A stretch of DNA of 30,413 bases, taken from IMG/VR virus record IMGVR_UViG_2541047880_000005, one strand, 5' to 3'. The notes beneath the pieces were generated by a model that did not search any database, was not told where the DNA came from, and saw nothing but the letters and a program-made list of their open reading frames with translations. Source of the DNA: a virus (Duplodnaviria > Heunggongvirae > Uroviricota > Caudoviricetes). Positions 27,332 through 30,413 of the stretch are shown here, one piece after another (positions within the stretch are counted from its first letter, which is position 1; each line of letters opens with the position of its first letter). The translations under genes and the position numbers were made by a program.

Positions 27332-27811
27332 ATGATGCTCGCGTTAGGTATGTTTGTTTTTATGCGCCAGACGCTGCCACACCAGACCATGCAGCGTGAA
27401 TCAGATTATCGCTGGCCGTCAAATTCCCGTATCGGTAAACGGGATGCCTACCAGTTTCTCGGCGTTGGTGAGGAAAACATGACGCTTGCCGGTGTGCTTT
27501 ATCCCGAACTGACCGGCGGCAAGCTGACGATGACCACGCTCAGACTGATGGCAGAGGAAGGCCGGGCGTGGCCGTTGCTGGATGGCACCGGCATGATTTA
27601 CGGCATGTATGTCATCAGCAAGGTGAGTGAAACAGGGAGTATTTTCTTTGCAGACGGCACACCCCGGAAAATTGATTTTACGCTGTCGCTCACCCGCGTT
27701 GATGAATCACTGGCCGCGCTTTATGGCGATATCGGTAAACAGGCGGAATCGCTCATCGGTAAGGCTGGCAGTATGGCGACTAAATTCACGGGTATGACGG
27801 GGGCGGGATAA
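27332..27811 (+). CDS. U: Tail protein, P2 gpU homologue
   Basis: 159 aa, the P2 U length; strong AAGGAGG Shine-Dalgarno. Confidence 0.85.
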   Translation: MMLALGMFVFMRQTLPHQTMQRESDYRWPSNSRIGKRDAYQFLGVGEENMTLAGVLYPELTGGKLTMTTLRLMAEEGRAWPLLDGTGMIYGMYVISKVSETGSIFFADGTPRKIDFTLSLTRVDESLAALYGDIGKQAESLIGKAGSMATKFTGMTGAG

Positions 27812-28974
27812 TGCTGGATGCACTGACATTTGATGCAGGCAGTACGCTGACGCCGGATTACATGCTGATGCTCGACAGCAGGGATATTACCGGCAATATC
27901 AGCGACCGTCTGATGAGCATGACCCTGACGGATAACCGGGGCTTTGAGGCTGACCAGCTTGATATTGAACTGAACGATGCCGACGGGCAGGTCGGACTAC
28001 CGATTCGTGGCGCTGTCCTGACGGTGTATATCGGCTGGAAAGGTTTTGCCCTGGTATGCAAAGGGAAATTTACCGTTGATGAGGTTGAACACCGGGGCGC
28101 ACCGGATGTGGTCACCATCCGCGCCCGGAGTGCAGATTTTCGCGGGACGCTCAATTCCCGCCGTGAAGGCTCATGGCATGACACCACGCTCGGTGCGATT
28201 GTTGAGGCGATAGCCTCCCGTAACAGGCTGGAAGCCAGTGTCGCTCCATCACTGGCCGGAATTAAAATCCCGCACATCGACCAGTCGCAGGAGTCTGATG
28301 CGAAATTTCTGACCCGTCTTGCAGAACGCAACGGCGGTGAGGTGTCGGTAAAAATGGGAAAACTGCTGTTTCTCAAAGCGGGGCAGGGGGTGACGGCCAG
28401 CGGTAAAAAAATCCCGCAGGTCACCATCACCCGCAGCGACGGTGACCGCCATCATTTTGCGATTGCTGACCGTGGAGCCTACACCGGCGTAACGGCAAAG
28501 TGGTTACACACCAAAGACCCGAAGCCGCAAAAGCAGAAGGTAAAACTGAAACGCAAAAAGAAAGAAAAACACCTGCGCGCACTGGAGCACCCGAAAGCAA
28601 AACCGGTCAGGCAGAAGAAAGCGCCAAAAGTACCGGAAGCGCGCGAAGGTGAATACATGGCCGGTGAGGCTGACAACGTTTTTGCCCTGACCACGGTATA
28701 TGCCACGAAAGCACAGGCCATGCGTGCCGCTCAGGCGAAGTGGGATAAACTGCAACGGGGCGTTGCGGAGTTCTCCATCAGCCTGGCTACCGGTCGTGCT
28801 GATATTTACACGGAAACACCGGTTAAAGTATCAGGCTTTAAGCGCGTCATAGACGAGCAGGACTGGACAATCACTAAGGTGACACATTTTCTGAATAATA
28901 GCGGCTTCACGACGTCCTTAGAGCTTGAGGTCAGGCTTTCTGATGTGGAGTACGAAACAGAAGATGATGAGTGA
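27811..28974 (+). CDS. D: Tail/baseplate hub protein, P2 gpD homologue
   Basis: 387 aa, the P2 D length; overlaps the U stop (TAATG). Confidence 0.85.
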   Translation: MLDALTFDAGSTLTPDYMLMLDSRDITGNISDRLMSMTLTDNRGFEADQLDIELNDADGQVGLPIRGAVLTVYIGWKGFALVCKGKFTVDEVEHRGAPDVVTIRARSADFRGTLNSRREGSWHDTTLGAIVEAIASRNRLEASVAPSLAGIKIPHIDQSQESDAKFLTRLAERNGGEVSVKMGKLLFLKAGQGVTASGKKIPQVTITRSDGDRHHFAIADRGAYTGVTAKWLHTKDPKPQKQKVKLKRKKKEKHLRALEHPKAKPVRQKKAPKVPEAREGEYMAGEADNVFALTTVYATKAQAMRAAQAKWDKLQRGVAEFSISLATGRADIYTETPVKVSGFKRVIDEQDWTITKVTHFLNNSGFTTSLELEVRLSDVEYETEDDE

Positions 28975-29055
28975 TGTAATTTATTTATCTGTTTGTTTTA
29001 TAAGGATAAATTAACTAAAATGGCACTATCAACAAAACCGGAAGAGGTGCTCGCG

Positions 29056-29274
29056 ATGTTTCATTGTCCTTTATGCCAGCATGCCGCACATGCGCGTACA
29101 AGCCGCTATATCACTGACACGACAAAAGAGCGTTATCACCAGTGTCAGAACGTGAATTGCAGCGCCACGTTCATCACCTATGAGTCGGTACAGAGATACA
29201 TCGTGAAGCCGGGAGAAGTCCACGCCGTAAGGCCGCACCCGTTGCCGTCAGGGCAGCAAATTATGTGGATGTGA
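29056..29274 (+). CDS. ogr: Ogr, zinc-finger late-gene transcription activator
   Basis: Within ORF track 28993..29274. Starting at MFHCPLCQHAAHARTSRYITDTTKERYHQCQNVNC (29056) gives 72 aa, the P2 Ogr length, with the C4 zinc-finger cysteines. Last phage gene before the host junction, as in P2. Confidence 0.9.
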   Translation: MFHCPLCQHAAHARTSRYITDTTKERYHQCQNVNCSATFITYESVQRYIVKPGEVHAVRPHPLPSGQQIMWM

Positions 29275-29284
29275 TCACAAAAAT

Positions 29285-29310
29285 AGCCCCTCAGTTGAGG
29301 GGCTTTATTT
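29285..29310 (+). terminator. Intrinsic terminator after ogr: AGCCCCTC AGTT GAGGGGCT hairpin followed by TTATTT
   Basis: Perfect 8-bp stem with a 4-nt loop, 10 nt after the ogr stop. Confidence 0.7.
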
Positions 29311-29402
29311 ATGGTCGATGTGGACGCTATGTGGACAGCGGTTGACATAAATCCATTTATATCATCAGGTTAGGTGCTTTTTTTTGACACCATCCCTGTC
29401 TT

Positions 29403-29429
29403 CCCCCACATGATGTGGGGGTTTTTTTT
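29403..29429 (+). terminator. Strong intrinsic terminator: CCCCCACAT G ATGTGGGGG hairpin followed by eight T. Likely the host-side terminator of the gene upstream of fieF, and possibly the 3' end of a 3'-UTR-derived sRNA.
   Basis: Perfect 9-bp stem and T8 run read directly from the sequence, about 80 nt upstream of fieF. Confidence 0.75.
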
Positions 29430-29510
29430 ATCCTCAATTTGCCTGCTGCTTAATGCATTGCAGATGATTTGCTTCCGTTATACTACCATCAGTTGATAGC
29501 GGGAGTATTT

Positions 29511-30413
29511 ATGAATCAATCTTATGGACGGCTGGTCAGTCGGGCGGCGATTGCTGCGACGGCGATGGCTTCGCTGCTATTGCTGATTAAAATTTTTGCA
29601 TGGTGGTATACCGGGTCGGTGAGTATTCTCGCCGCGCTGGTGGATTCGCTGGTGGATATCGGCGCGTCGTTGACGAATTTACTGGTGGTGCGATATTCCC
29701 TGCAACCTGCCGACGATAATCACTCGTTTGGTCACGGTAAAGCTGAGTCCCTCGCGGCGCTGGCGCAAAGTATGTTTATCTCCGGTTCGGCACTATTCCT
29801 GTTTTTGACGGGTATTCAACATCTGGTATCTCCAACACCGATGACAGATCCAGGCGTCGGGGTTATCGTGACAATTGTGGCGCTAATTTGTACGATTATC
29901 CTTGTCTCGTTTCAGCGTTGGGTGGTGCGCCGGACGCAAAGCCAGGCGGTGCGGGCTGATATGCTACATTACCAGTCTGATGTTATGATGAACGGCGCAA
30001 TTCTGCTGGCGCTGGGGTTGTCCTGGTACGGCTGGCATCGCGCCGATGCTCTGTTTGCATTGGGGATCGGCATCTATATTTTATATAGCGCGTTACGCAT
30101 GGGATATGAGGCGGTACAGTCATTACTGGATCGCGCATTACCTGATGAGGAACGGCAAGAAATTATTGATATCGTGACTTCCTGGCCGGGTGTTAGCGGC
30201 GCTCACGATCTTCGCACGCGGCAGTCAGGGCCGACCCGCTTTATTCAGATTCATTTGGAAATGGAAGACTCTCTGCCTTTGGTTCAGGCACATATGGTGG
30301 CGGATCAGGTAGAGCAGGCTATTTTACGGCGTTTTCCGGGATCGGATGTGATTATCCATCAGGACCCCTGTTCCGTCGTACCCAGGGAGGGTAAACGGTC
30401 TATGCTTTCATAA
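29511..30413 (+). CDS. fieF: Cation-diffusion-facilitator family Fe/Zn efflux transporter FieF (YiiP); host chromosomal gene
   Basis: 300-aa ORF (track 29469..30413, ATG at 29511). Multi-pass membrane protein with a C-terminal cytoplasmic domain; the sequence matches E. coli FieF/YiiP as I recall it. Marks the host flank to the right of the prophage. Confidence 0.9.
   Translation: MNQSYGRLVSRAAIAATAMASLLLLIKIFAWWYTGSVSILAALVDSLVDIGASLTNLLVVRYSLQPADDNHSFGHGKAESLAALAQSMFISGSALFLFLTGIQHLVSPTPMTDPGVGVIVTIVALICTIILVSFQRWVVRRTQSQAVRADMLHYQSDVMMNGAILLALGLSWYGWHRADALFALGIGIYILYSALRMGYEAVQSLLDRALPDEERQEIIDIVTSWPGVSGAHDLRTRQSGPTRFIQIHLEMEDSLPLVQAHMVADQVEQAILRRFPGSDVIIHQDPCSVVPREGKRSMLS

Noticed and set aside
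29342-29370. TTGACA hexamer as a possible -35 for a promoter reading into fieF
   Set aside because: No acceptably spaced -10 hexamer found; it could equally be chance or part of the att arm.
1-30413. CRISPR arrays, tRNA/rRNA genes, insertion-sequence inverted repeats
   Set aside because: No regularly spaced direct repeats, no tRNA-like structures at the prophage ends inside the window, and no transposase ORFs were seen.

Overview
The window is almost entirely one complete P2-like (Peduovirus-type) prophage of an enterobacterial host, running from the integrase stop codon at position 1 to an attR-side junction just upstream of the host gene fieF (29511..30413). Gene order is the canonical P2 prophage order: int, C repressor, cox, B, small early ORFs, A (rolling-circle replication initiator), an accessory hotspot, cos, Q-P (minus strand), O-N-M-L (head), X, Y-K-lysA-lysB-lysC (lysis), R-S-V-W-J-I-H-G (tail/baseplate/fibre), FI-FII-E(E')-T-U-D (sheath/tube/tape measure) and ogr. 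Protein lengths match P2 for most of these genes, which is the main basis for the assignments; all are by recollection of P2 proteins, not by database search. The most interesting element is a strongly AT-rich single gene (6658..7260, 200 aa) sitting where P2 carries tin/old, between the replication module and cos. That position is a known anti-phage cargo hotspot in P2-like phages, and I do not recognise the protein, so it is the best candidate for an undescribed defence or abortive-infection determinant. The second hotspot, between G and FI (P2 Z/fun), is empty here. No CRISPR array, tRNA or rRNA was seen.
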